Source: Pseudomonadota bacterium
GTDB taxonomy: Bacteria > Pseudomonadota > Gammaproteobacteria > Steroidobacterales > Steroidobacteraceae
Direction of reading: 5' to 3'
Length of the DNA: 64,000 nt
NCBI GenBank assembly: GCA_021851405.1
Contig: JAJZDW010000023.1
Location: 718-64,717, forward strand
Made by a program: the position numbers and the translations under genes. Under the pieces are notes generated by a model. The model saw nothing but the letters and a program-made list of their open reading frames with translations. It did no database searches and was not told the origin of the DNA. Positions 1 through 8,713 of the stretch are shown here, piece after piece. Within the stretch, counting starts at the first letter, position 1; each line of letters opens with the position of its first letter.

Positions 1-140
1 ATGGTTCGAAGTCGGGTGATTATTAATTAGCGCAGCTTATAGACAATTTAAGTATTCATCACCTAGTCGCCGATGTCGCAGCGCGGGATACTTGCACCTC
101 GATTTCATCGACGCTGCCGGGGCAGCGAGGAAGACCAGCC

Positions 141-557
141 ATGCAGATGCGCATCTACCGCAACGGGTCGCGCCGCTCCGCGACGGGCTCGGCGGCGTAC
201 TTCAGCGGCGACGTCCGGGTTGATCCGCTTTTCGATCCGGCCGAGCCAGGACGGGTGTCTGCTGCCCAGGTGACCTTCGAGCCCGGGGCGCGATCGGCAT
301 GGCACACCCATCCGCTCGGACAGCACCTCGTGGTTGTGTCCGGTCTCGGTTGGACTCAATGCTGGGGTGGGCCGAAAAAGGAAATCAAACCCGGCGATGT
401 CGTGTTCTGCAACTGCGGTCAGAAGCACTGGCATGGCGCGACGGACACTACGGCGATGAGTCACATCGCGGTGCAGGAATGGCTGGACGGCTCGGCCGTC
501 CACTGGATGGAGCAGGTGTCGGAGACCGATTACCTGGCTCCCGTTGAGCCGGACTGA
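141..557 (+). CDS. cupin domain-containing protein
   Basis: 138-aa ORF with ATG at 141. It has the two-motif cupin pattern (GARSAWHTHPLGQHLVVVSG ... PGDVVFCNCGQKHWHGA). Confidence 0.8.
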   Translation: MQMRIYRNGSRRSATGSAAYFSGDVRVDPLFDPAEPGRVSAAQVTFEPGARSAWHTHPLGQHLVVVSGLGWTQCWGGPKKEIKPGDVVFCNCGQKHWHGATDTTAMSHIAVQEWLDGSAVHWMEQVSETDYLAPVEPD

Positions 558-642
558 TCGAGCGGCGGATGGATGACGTGCTCACAGGCGCTCGCATGTG
601 ATGCTGCGCAGTTACTGAAATCCGGATATCGGAGATGAACCT

Positions 643-1659
643 ATGCTAGCGACTGTCCTGCACGGTCCCCGTGACGTGCGCTACGAGCAGGTCGATGAAC
701 CAAGCATCATTCTGCCCACCGACGCCATCATCAAACTGTCGGCCACGTGCGTCTGTGGCTCGGACCTATGGCCCTACCGGGGACTGCAGCCGATGGACGG
801 CCCACTGCACATGGGCCATGAATACTGCGGCGTCGTGGCCGAGGTTGGCCGCGAGGTCAAGACGGTCAAGCCGGGCCAATTCGTCGTCGGGTCGTTCTGC
901 CTCTCCGACAACACGTGCCCGCACTGCCAATACGGCTTCCAGTCCTCGTGCGTGCAGCGGGAGTTCATGAGCGGCGCCCAGGCACCTTATGCGCGCGTGC
1001 CGTTGGCCGATGGCACGCTGGTGCCGACCGCCGCGGTCCCGTCCGAGGATCTGATACCGAGCTTGCTGGCGGCCTCGGACGTGCTCGGCACCGGCTGGTA
1101 CGCGGCGGACGCGGCGCGGGTCAAGCCGGGCTCGACGGCGGTGGTGGTCGGCGACGGCGCGGTGGGCCTGATGGGCGTGCTCTCGGCGAAGCAGATGGGT
1201 GCCGAGCGAATCATTGCCATGAGCCGGCATTCGCGCCGCCAGGCATTGGCTCTCGAATACGGTGCGACGGACATCGTGTCGGCGCGTGGCGAAGAAGGCG
1301 TGGCACAGATCAAAGCGCTGACCCACGGCATCGGGGCTGACTCGGTGCTCGAATGTGTGGGGACCCAGGAATCGATGAAGCAGGCCATCCAATGCACGCG
1401 CCCTGGCGGCGTTGTCGGCTACGTCGGCGTGCCCCATGGGGTCGAGTTGAGCGGTCAATCACTGTTCTTCTCCCAGATCGGAATGCTGGGGGGGCCCGCG
1501 CCCGTGCGACGCTTCCTGCCGCATCTGATGGAATTGGTGCTGAACCGCTCGATCAACCCGGGCAAGGTGTTCGATCTGCAGATTCCGCTGGCCGACGTGG
1601 CCGACGGCTATCGCGCCATGGATGAGCGCCGCGCCATCAAGACCTTGCTTCGGGTGTAA
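643..1659 (+). CDS. zinc-dependent alcohol dehydrogenase family (MDR) oxidoreductase
   Basis: 338 aa. It has the CGSDLW and GHEYCGVV Zn-ligand motifs, a CPHC structural-Zn segment and a Rossmann VVVGDGAVG motif. Confidence 0.85.
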   Translation: MLATVLHGPRDVRYEQVDEPSIILPTDAIIKLSATCVCGSDLWPYRGLQPMDGPLHMGHEYCGVVAEVGREVKTVKPGQFVVGSFCLSDNTCPHCQYGFQSSCVQREFMSGAQAPYARVPLADGTLVPTAAVPSEDLIPSLLAASDVLGTGWYAADAARVKPGSTAVVVGDGAVGLMGVLSAKQMGAERIIAMSRHSRRQALALEYGATDIVSARGEEGVAQIKALTHGIGADSVLECVGTQESMKQAIQCTRPGGVVGYVGVPHGVELSGQSLFFSQIGMLGGPAPVRRFLPHLMELVLNRSINPGKVFDLQIPLADVADGYRAMDERRAIKTLLRV

Positions 1660-1698
1660 TGCCGCGCCGCGATCGTCCCAGAATCGAGGTGACGTGTC

Positions 1699-2046
1699 AT
1701 GAAAGAAGAACCCACCACTGCACGAAATTCCTTCGGAGACATCGCGCCTCATCTGGCGGAAATCACCGACAAAGTGCTCTTCGGAGACGTCTGGGATCGG
1801 ACGGACCTTTCGCCACGCGATCGTAGCCTGGTCACGATCACGAGCCTCGTCTCGCTGTATCGCACCAACGAAATGCCGTTCCACTTGAAGAAGGGGCTCG
1901 AAAACGGCCTCACCCCCGAGGAGATCATCGCAACGGTAACGCACCTGGCGTTCTACGCGGGTTGGCCGGCGGCGATGACCGCGCTGCAGATCGCACACAG
2001 AGTTCTCGACGAAGCGGGCCGGTCCACCGCCCCGAAGGGACTCTGA
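1699..2046 (+). CDS. carboxymuconolactone decarboxylase (AhpD-like) family protein
   Basis: 115 aa. It shows the CMD-family pattern SPRDRSLVTITSL...EIIATVTHLAFYAGWPAA and is co-directional with the two preceding genes. Confidence 0.75.
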   Translation: MKEEPTTARNSFGDIAPHLAEITDKVLFGDVWDRTDLSPRDRSLVTITSLVSLYRTNEMPFHLKKGLENGLTPEEIIATVTHLAFYAGWPAAMTALQIAHRVLDEAGRSTAPKGL

Positions 2047-2059
2047 TCGACCCAGGGTG

Positions 2060-2090
2060 ATCGCGGCCGGGCGGCCCCCGGCCGCGATTT
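2060..2090 (+). terminator. GC-rich hairpin, probable intrinsic terminator of the cupin-ADH-CMD unit
   Basis: Perfect 12-bp stem (atcgcggccggg / cccggccgcgat) with a 5-nt loop, followed by TTT. It starts 14 nt after the CMD stop codon. Confidence 0.6.
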
Positions 2091-2379
2091 CGAAATCGCA
2101 ATTCGGCGTTCCTGATGTCTATCCGCATGACGGAGCTAAAGATTGAGGTGCTGCGCCGTGCACACCGCGAAAATCCGGTAGTCACTTAAGGAATTTCGGG
2201 GTGATGTGCCTGCATGCTGGAACGCCCTCGGTTGCCGAGCCAGATACAACGTGGACTCAAACGCAGCGGTATTGCTGCTCTGACCGGCCTGCGACAGAGT
2301 GGAGGACCTACGCTGAGCGACAGATGGTGTCGAGCGGATGAGTTTGTGCCGTCAATGTGGACGCGATGCTTCAGTTCGA

Positions 2380-3600
2380 TTAGATCGCTGCACGTTCAAT
2401 CTGCTTGTCGATTGCTTCGCGGAGTTCCGTGGGCAACAAATCCCTGGCAACGTAGTCACGCCAGGCGTCCACGATGTGGGCCGATGTTTCCTGCGCAATC
2501 GTCCATAGTTGGTGGACCGGCAGACCGGCCTTTTCGGCGAAACGGCGCACCTGATCGGGCATGATGTGGCCGATGTTCTTCTCGCCACCGAAGTTGAGTG
2601 CCAGATTGTCTTTCGGGAGATACGGAACCGTTGACACCAGATCATAGGCGGGTGACAGAATGGGAGCCCGGCTGTCTGGGTAAAGTAGAGTCCAGTTCTT
2701 GAGGTGCATGTCACCATTGCCGGTCAGCACTGTGAAGACCAACCGCCGCATGAATTCGTGCACAGCGGCTTCACCCGCTTCGGCGGCAAGTACGGCGGCG
2801 ATATTGGCGTAATTGCGCCCTTTATACTTGTCGTCGGGATAGGTGCCGAACACTTGGGCGAAGTCTTCCATGTGCACGCGGATACCGTCTGCCGTGCGGT
2901 CGAAACGGCGGATGGCAAGTGCCTGACCGGGTACGCGGTTGATGTCTTCCGGCAGGCCGGCGATCTCCTCGAGCGGCAGCAGGCGGACTTCGGGCACATT
3001 GATCCCGATGCTGCGCGCAAGCTCCATCATCGCGTATTCGTTTTCCGCGATCGCCGGATAATGGGGCGACGGCAGCTTAACGATCCAGGAACCACCGACA
3101 CCGCTGGCCGGTATGGTCAGGTGTCCTTTGCCATTCACCAGGGCGGAGAATTTCATCTGCACGCCTGCCAGCGAGAATTTCAGAAGGGCAGTAGCGTCAT
3201 TCGTACCGGCGTCCTTTTCGACGTTCGGCCGCGGCACCCATGTGTCGTCGAGCTGTTCGACCGTGACAGCGCCGGGCAGATCAGCGCCCAACTGCCAGAG
3301 GAGGATGAATTCCTGTCCGGGCTTCACGCCCGCTCTAGCAGCCAGGTAATCGCGCAAGGCACCTTCGGGCAGCAGATTGGAAAAAAAGGCCGGCAGACGC
3401 ATCGCTGTCGGTTTAACCGTCGTCACCAACCCAGAGGCGCCCTTATAGGACAGGCTTAGCGTCGGGCGGTTAGTGTCCTCGACATAGGCCTCATCGAAGG
3501 CAAAGAGGTATCTGTCGCCGGAAAGGCGATTGATGACGCCGATCCGTTTGCCGTGAAGGAGAACGGCGAGCGCGGCCGGCAGTTTGGTGGCGCCGCTCAT
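2380..3600 (-). CDS. hipA: type II toxin-antitoxin system HipA family kinase toxin
   Basis: 406 aa. It has the HipA N-terminal coupling region and the kinase catalytic loop GNGDMHLKNWTLLY plus SPAYDLVST. Its start overlaps the upstream HTH gene by 4 nt. Confidence 0.9.
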   Translation of the reverse strand: MSGATKLPAALAVLLHGKRIGVINRLSGDRYLFAFDEAYVEDTNRPTLSLSYKGASGLVTTVKPTAMRLPAFFSNLLPEGALRDYLAARAGVKPGQEFILLWQLGADLPGAVTVEQLDDTWVPRPNVEKDAGTNDATALLKFSLAGVQMKFSALVNGKGHLTIPASGVGGSWIVKLPSPHYPAIAENEYAMMELARSIGINVPEVRLLPLEEIAGLPEDINRVPGQALAIRRFDRTADGIRVHMEDFAQVFGTYPDDKYKGRNYANIAAVLAAEAGEAAVHEFMRRLVFTVLTGNGDMHLKNWTLLYPDSRAPILSPAYDLVSTVPYLPKDNLALNFGGEKNIGHIMPDQVRRFAEKAGLPVHQLWTIAQETSAHIVDAWRDYVARDLLPTELREAIDKQIERAAI

Positions 3601-3947
3601 GATGCGTCACCGTCCTCCTCGGCGTCGGCAGCATAGAGGGGGCGCTCGTCGGCTTTGCCCACGTGGCTGTCACGCACTAAGGCGTTGACGGCAGGAACGA
3701 GGGACTGCGGCACCAGAACCAGATCCATGCCGAGTACCCGCAGCAGATCGAGCAGGGTATCGAAGCGCGGCACAATGCGGCCCGTCTCGATCCCGGAGAT
3801 ATGGGTCTGGGGAAGGCCCGCGTGCTTTCCGACCTCGGTCTGGCTCCAGCCGCGGCGAAGGCGGGCCGCCTTAAGCTCCCGGCTGATGGTTTCCGGAAGG
3901 CGGTTCATGCGGAACGACTTTATATGCGACTTCATCTGATTCCCCAT
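3597..3947 (-). CDS. hipB: XRE-family HTH antitoxin (HipB-like)
   Basis: 116 aa with a Cro/C1 HTH (LRRGWSQTEVGKHAGLPQTHISGIETGRIVPRFDTLLDLL). It is translationally coupled to hipA. The start could instead be an internal Met. Confidence 0.8.
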   Translation of the reverse strand: MGNQMKSHIKSFRMNRLPETISRELKAARLRRGWSQTEVGKHAGLPQTHISGIETGRIVPRFDTLLDLLRVLGMDLVLVPQSLVPAVNALVRDSHVGKADERPLYAADAEEDGDAS

Positions 3948-3969
3948 TTAACAAGCAATATCGCATATA
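3921..3969 (-). promoter_or_regulatory. 9-bp perfect inverted repeat flanking the hipB start codon
   Basis: tatatgcga (3921..3929) and tcgcatata (3961..3969) enclose the hipB ATG at 3947. This could be an operator or an mRNA hairpin. Confidence 0.3.
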
Positions 3970-4265
3970 CGTCAGCGCCTATCAATATGTGAAATAAGCT
4001 AAATGATTGTAGAATAGCTAAAAATACATATGAGAATAGCAGTGGCCTGATGGCGAGGCGGTCTCGCTCGAGGGGGTATTCCCCCAATACTCGAGGTGAG
4101 TTCGGTCCCGATCTGTTTTGAGGGGAGGATGATTATTTTTCAGTGAATGCCGGGGCGTCCCATGAGTGGCTGCCTTCGGGAAACCCTGCTCTCCTGCTGA
4201 CTGACCGGCCACGACCCAGAGCGGAAGTGGAGAATTGCAGTGCGTCGAACCACCGGCTGGAGCAG

Positions 4266-4853
4266 TCAGTGAAATTTCTCGCCGCGCGCGAGCATCTCGA
4301 TAATCAGCTTTATGCGCTTGATCTTTGTCTCTGAGCGCTTTGCTGTTTGCAACCGGTAGGCAATCGAATACAGATTGGCCTTGTCGAGCGTCGCGTAGAA
4401 CTGCTTTGCCTTGGCATTACGTGCGAGCTCCTTGACGAACTCCGGGGGCACCGTTGCGTTGGCGGGAGAATCGTACGCACTGGTCCAGCGCCCGTCGGCT
4501 TTGGCTGCTTCTACCTCCTTGAGACCTGCAGGCGTCATTTGGCCTCCCTGGATAAGCCGATCCACATGCGCAACATTTATCTTGGACCAACCGCTTCTCG
4601 CCCTGCGCGGAGTGAATTTCTGCACCCAGGAGATTGCGTCAAACGGCAGCTTCTGACCATCTATCCAACCGAAATACAGCGCCTGGTCAAGCGCCTCGGC
4701 ATACGTGACCGAGGGAACACCAGAATCTTTCTTGTAAATTCGCAGGAGCAGGTTACGGGTTCGGGCGTGCTCCTTCACCATCCATGCGCGAAATTCTTTC
4801 GATGACCGAAAACTTCGCGGTCTCGGCATAGTACGGGAAGGTAATTTTCCCAT
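4266..4853 (-). CDS. YdeI/OmpD-associated (bacteriocin-protection) family protein
   Basis: 195 aa with the family pattern FRAWMVKEH...LLLRIYKK..GVPSVTYAEALDQALYFGWIDG. GC is visibly lower than in the core genes. Confidence 0.7.
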   Translation of the reverse strand: MGKLPSRTMPRPRSFRSSKEFRAWMVKEHARTRNLLLRIYKKDSGVPSVTYAEALDQALYFGWIDGQKLPFDAISWVQKFTPRRARSGWSKINVAHVDRLIQGGQMTPAGLKEVEAAKADGRWTSAYDSPANATVPPEFVKELARNAKAKQFYATLDKANLYSIAYRLQTAKRSETKIKRIKLIIEMLARGEKFH

Positions 4854-5014
4854 ATGTGGTTCAGTTCAGTTCTATGCGAGTTGATTGTCGTACTGTATCA
4901 AGTTGCGGGCGTGCGTCCAGCACCATCATATGACCGCTCCTGGCTGGTTGCGGAAGCTCCGAGTCATCGTCGGTCTCAGGTCGTTGGTTGATGATGAGTT
5001 GAGGGATGGCTATC

Positions 5015-5235
5015 GCAGTCTCTGATTCGCACTTGAGATTTGCGACCGGGGTCACGTGTGACTGTGGGTGCGAATGCCGAAGCGAGGCTCGGCAATCCGT
5101 GGCAATGACACGGGTGAGCCCGAACGGGCTCTGGTCATGAAATTTCCCAAGCGATCAGACATTTACGGCGGCTGCTGCTGTCGCAGCTTGCCGGGCATGG
5201 CCTGGGAATGGAGCGGGTGATGGGAATCGGACCCA
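5015..5235. repeat. copy A of a ~220-bp degenerate direct repeat; its last 27 nt (5209..5235) are a tRNA-Gly 3' fragment
   Basis: By eye it aligns with 7621..7838. The block 5182..5235 vs 7785..7838 has 3 mismatches in 54 nt. The fragment TGGGTCCGATTCCCATCACCCGCTCCA (minus strand) has one mismatch to the tRNA T-arm plus acceptor 3' end. Confidence 0.8.
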
Positions 5236-5396
5236 TACGCGATTCCCGACAAATCAATATGTTGGTCGTCTCTGGAGAGGCAAGTGCGATCCACGTGCGA
5301 GAATTCGCGGGACGTGGGGCGCTATCAGGCAATCGATGGTAATTGACGGGTACGGCGCCCAAAATTGCGGGCCCGCCGATCGATCGGGAACGTTGT

Positions 5397-5795
5397 CTAC
5401 TGCAAGCGCATGGCACCGTCGAGTTTGGCAAAATCCCGATCGAACGTACCCAGTGGCAAGTGTCCGACCTTTCGCGCGCTCTCCAGCACGAGGCAGTCTG
5501 AAAAGCCGAGCGAGGGCCGCTTACGGAAGCGCTCGGTCGCCGCTGCCACCACATCGGCGTCCTGCACTGTCAGGTGCTGGTGGTTGAGCAACATGTCGAC
5601 GGCCGTCGCGATCTGCTCAGCCGTACGCTCATATACTGCATCGAGCACCCACATCGTCTCGACCAGTACCAGGTGCGATACCCATGCGCCAATTGCCACG
5701 AATTCTTCGGCTGCGCGGACCTGGTCCGCGTCGTCGCGAACAACGAGACGTACCAGTACGTTTGTATCAACCGCGCGCATGCCGTCTGCGGACAT
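5397..5795 (-). CDS. vapC: PIN-domain ribonuclease toxin VapC
   Basis: It has the PIN pattern AVDTNVLVRL...D...LVLVE...FSDCLVLESA...TFDRDF. The start is ATG 5795 or 5780, and either overlaps the vapB stop. Confidence 0.85.
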   Translation of the reverse strand: MSADGMRAVDTNVLVRLVVRDDADQVRAAEEFVAIGAWVSHLVLVETMWVLDAVYERTAEQIATAVDMLLNHQHLTVQDADVVAAATERFRKRPSLGFSDCLVLESARKVGHLPLGTFDRDFAKLDGAMRLQ

Positions 5796-6027
5796 ACTTC
5801 CGGATGGCTGCTCTCACTTCCACGGGCTTTGCCCTTGAGCCATCTTCCGGAAACAGTACGGCGTGTACTTCCTTGGAGCTATACCGTCCTGCTCTCCGGA
5901 CGACGACTTGGTCATTCTCTTCGTCCCATTCGAGAACAGAACCTGGGCCTACGCCGAGCTTCTTGCGCACCTCAGCCGGCACCGAGATCTGACCCTGGGC
6001 GGTCACTTTTGAATGAGCGATAGCCAC
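5767..6027 (-). CDS. vapB: AbrB/MazE/SpoVT-family antitoxin VapB
   Basis: 86 aa with a GTG start and the swapped-hairpin motif KVTAQGQISVPAEVRKKLGVGPGSVLEW. It lies immediately upstream of vapC and overlaps it. Confidence 0.85.
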   Translation of the reverse strand: MAIAHSKVTAQGQISVPAEVRKKLGVGPGSVLEWDEENDQVVVRRAGRYSSKEVHAVLFPEDGSRAKPVEVRAAIRKYVRRRHARG

Positions 6028-6034
6028 GCAAAAA

Positions 6035-6050
6035 CATTACCACGGTAATG
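6035..6050 (-). promoter_or_regulatory. 16-bp palindrome upstream of vapB, probable VapBC operator
   Basis: cattacc-ac-ggtaatg has perfect 7-bp arms and ends 8 nt upstream of the vapB start codon. Confidence 0.55.
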
Positions 6051-6144
6051 TGATGTGCGCAAGTACAGTGGCCCGGAGTACGAGGTTCATCGGCCCGGAT
6101 GAGCGGCCTCAGGTTGCGGATCCTGGTGGTCGTGGATCAAACGC

Positions 6145-6167
6145 GTCTCTCCCTCTCAGGGAGAGAC
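6145..6167 (-). terminator. hairpin downstream of the 388-aa ORF (weak terminator candidate)
   Basis: Perfect 9-bp stem gtctctccc/gggagagac with a 5-nt loop. On the minus strand it is followed by GCGTTTG, so the U-tract is poor. Confidence 0.35.
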
Positions 6168-6271
6168 CGCTGACGACCCCAAAGCGGCCCGACTGAACGG
6201 CGGCTATGTGGCAGGCCCGATGTGGTTGTCGGCCGGCTGCGAAATCGCAAATGCACCCGCTGCGCAGCCCA

Positions 6272-7438
6272 TCACGGCACGTAGCCATCACCTGCTTCAA
6301 TCGACTTTATACCGCTCGTTCCCGAATGCATGGTCAATACAGCCAGAGGAACCAACTGCTGGCTGCGAGCGCGCGGGGGTTGATACACTACGAGCAGCGA
6401 ACCGTTCTCGCGTTCGGCTCCGACTTCGCTAAAATACCGCTTGGCGTGCGGCACGATCCAGTGTAGCAGGCCCGCTCGGTCTGGGCCGCCGGTGGTCGTG
6501 GCCACATACAATTTACCGTCAAGACTCAATGAGAAGAATGCCACGTCTCCGGGAATCACGTTGCGAAGCCAGGAAGGAGCGCCACGGTGCTCATCTTCGG
6601 TGACCCTCGACATCGCGATGCCGCGCGCACGACTCACAATCGCGCGTCCCGCTGTCGTCAAAGTGCTCTGGAATCGGAACCCTTTGAACGAAAATGTCCC
6701 GATCTCGTTGAAATCGGCATTCTGTTCCGCTGAGTACTTTTCGTAGCGACGTGCGACAGCAGGCGCAATTTTTCGCGCCGCGACGCATACTGCGCTATTC
6801 GAACCACAGTATCGGAGTTTAACCGGGTACCTGTGCGTCCACTGAATTGACACATGGCAGGCGGGGCCCCAGTGCGTCCCTTTCCATCGCACGATGTTCA
6901 AACGCGGGCCATTAGTGTCCGGATTGTCCGATCCGTAGACGATAAACGAAGGCTCTCCCAATACTGTTGCAAGACTGCCCGACGTCCCGTCGCGGCTGCA
7001 CAGATCGGATTCGATTGGCGGAGAGCCGAGCAATCGCACCGCGCCTCCCTGCTTCCGTTCGAAGAATTGATACTGTAGGCAGTCTCCAGACCCGGCATAC
7101 GCGCTGACCATCGAAAGCTCAGTCCCGGGCAGGGATTCGATGGTCGGAAACGATGCCCCTCTGCCTCCCATAGTGCGCCAGACTGGCGGGAGGTAGCGGT
7201 ACGCCGGATCCCCTTGCGCCGGATTCAATGTTGCGTTGACAATCCATGGCGGCAGCATTGTCTTCTTTACGACCAGATCGTTCAGTATCGTTGCACGAGA
7301 AGCGCGCAGCTTCACGACCAATCGTGAACAAATGGATGGAGTAGTGGGAGCCTGTGCTCGGGCGTCAGGCGCGAGCATTCCAATTCCAGCAAGACCGAAC
7401 AGGGAGGAGATTATTGCGAGCCGCCTCTTTTGGTTCAT
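6272..7438 (-). CDS. exported hypothetical protein (orphan)
   Basis: 388 aa with a Sec signal peptide (MNQKRRLAIISSLFGLAGIGMLAPDARAQA) and several Cys. I recognise no family motif. GC is visibly lower than in the core. Confidence 0.6.
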   Translation of the reverse strand: MNQKRRLAIISSLFGLAGIGMLAPDARAQAPTTPSICSRLVVKLRASRATILNDLVVKKTMLPPWIVNATLNPAQGDPAYRYLPPVWRTMGGRGASFPTIESLPGTELSMVSAYAGSGDCLQYQFFERKQGGAVRLLGSPPIESDLCSRDGTSGSLATVLGEPSFIVYGSDNPDTNGPRLNIVRWKGTHWGPACHVSIQWTHRYPVKLRYCGSNSAVCVAARKIAPAVARRYEKYSAEQNADFNEIGTFSFKGFRFQSTLTTAGRAIVSRARGIAMSRVTEDEHRGAPSWLRNVIPGDVAFFSLSLDGKLYVATTTGGPDRAGLLHWIVPHAKRYFSEVGAERENGSLLVVYQPPRARSQQLVPLAVLTMHSGTSGIKSIEAGDGYVP

Positions 7439-7620
7439 GAGTCCTTGTCCTACGTTGCAAGAGTCATGAGCATTCTCGACGGCTTTGCTGTGTTGATCGA
7501 TCGTCCGCTCCGGGGAATTCTATCCTACCGCCCCACAGACCGCTCTTGGCCGACAGCGGAAGTCCAGTCCCATGGTTGACCGCAGTGCGTTGCTTTGCGA
7601 CGAGTTGAGACGGAGCGCTC

Positions 7621-7838
7621 GCAGCCTCTGATTCGCACTTGGAAATCGCAATCCGAGGCAAGTGCGACTGTGAGTGCGAATGCTGGGGCAAAGCACGGCA
7701 ACCTGCGGCAACGACACGAGCGGGCGCGATGGGGCAGTGGCCATGGAATCACCCAAGCAATCAGAAATTCGCTGCTGCTGTTGCCGCAGCTTGCCGTGCA
7801 TCGCCTGGGAATGGAGCGGGTGATGGGAATCGAACCCA
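7621..7838. repeat. copy B of the ~220-bp degenerate direct repeat (tRNA-Gly 3' end plus downstream flank)
   Basis: See copy A. It overlaps the 3' 27 nt of the intact tRNA-Gly. Confidence 0.8.
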
Positions 7839-7885
7839 CGTTAGCAGCTTGGGAAGCTGCAGTTCTACCATTGAACTACACCCGC
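7812..7885 (-). tRNA. tRNA-Gly (anticodon CCC)
   Basis: 74-nt cloverleaf read by hand: GCGGGTG-TA-GTTC-AATGGTA-GAAC-T-GCAGC-TTCCCAA-GCTGC-TAAC-GTGGG-TTCGATT-CCCAT-CACCCGC-T-CCA. The CCA end is encoded. Confidence 0.9.
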
Positions 7886-8100
7886 GCGGGGGCCGTAATC
7901 TTACGGAATCGCGGGGCTTTCTGGCAATCGCCATCGGGGAAGGGTCGCTCGGTGCCCTGCGAGCAGGCTGCGGCTTCTGGGGCGAGGGCGGGGTGGATGG
8001 TGTTCGCGCCGGGGAAGCGGAGCGGTGCGCACGAGTGGCTTCCATTCTGCTAGGGTCCGCCCATGGCCCGCATTCATCGTGTTTCGCCTGGGTGGCGCCC

Positions 8101-8706
8101 ATGAGCGTCACCGCCGAGCATTCATTCGCGCGCACCGTGTGCGTCTACTGTGCGTCCAGCGGCAGTGCCGATGCGGAATATCGTCGCGCGGCCTCCCGCC
8201 TCGGCGAGGTGCTAGCCGAGCAAGGCATTGCCATCGTGTACGGAGGCGGCGCCCGCGGATCGATGGGCGCGCTCGCCGATGGCGCGCTCGGACGCGGCGG
8301 GCGAGTCGTGGGCATCCTGCCGCAGTTCATGGCTGATCTCGAATGGGGACACCGGGGGCTGAGCGAGCTGAAGCTGGTCGAGGACATGCGAATCCGCAAG
8401 CATCTGATGCTGTCCGGCGCGCATGCAGCGATCGCGTTGCCGGGCGGCAGTGGCACTTTCGAGGAATTGCTCGAGGCTCTGACGCTGAAGCGTCTGGGCC
8501 TCTTTCTCGGCCCCATCGTGCTGGTGAATACGCGGAATTACTTCGAACCGCTCCGCATTCTGCTCGAAGCTGCAGTGCGGGAGCGCTTCATGGACGAACG
8601 GCATCTGGCGATGTGGCAGATCGTTTCTCGTGCCGAGGACGTGCCCGAGGCACTCACCAGCGCCCCGGACTGGTCCGCCGCGGCCCGCGAGTTCGCGGCA
8701 GTCTAG
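8101..8706 (+). CDS. LOG family (TIGR00730) protein, cytokinin riboside 5'-monophosphate phosphoribohydrolase-like
   Basis: 201 aa from ATG 8101, with motifs VYGGGARGSMG and PGGSGTFEEL. The longer track ORF from 7639 overlaps the tRNA and is rejected. Confidence 0.85.
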   Translation: MSVTAEHSFARTVCVYCASSGSADAEYRRAASRLGEVLAEQGIAIVYGGGARGSMGALADGALGRGGRVVGILPQFMADLEWGHRGLSELKLVEDMRIRKHLMLSGAHAAIALPGGSGTFEELLEALTLKRLGLFLGPIVLVNTRNYFEPLRILLEAAVRERFMDERHLAMWQIVSRAEDVPEALTSAPDWSAAAREFAAV

Positions 8707-8713
8707 GTTCCGC

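Noticed and set aside
4064-4096. Complex palindromic segment CTCGAGGGGGTATTCCCCCAATACTCGAG between ydeI and hipB
   Set aside because: It can fold in several mutually exclusive ways and has no adjacent U-tract or obvious partner site. I could not assign it a role as terminator or operator with any confidence.
5181-5189. TCGCAGCTT inside the tRNA-flank repeat, resembling the 60.6-kb 12-mer
   Set aside because: Only 9 nt are shared, the sequence is GC-rich and therefore common in this genome, and the match lacks the ATG/ATGCGT extension. It is probably coincidental.
7639-8100. N-terminal extension of the LOG-family ORF
   Set aside because: It runs straight through tRNA-Gly (7812..7885). The conserved LOG sequence begins at ATG 8101.
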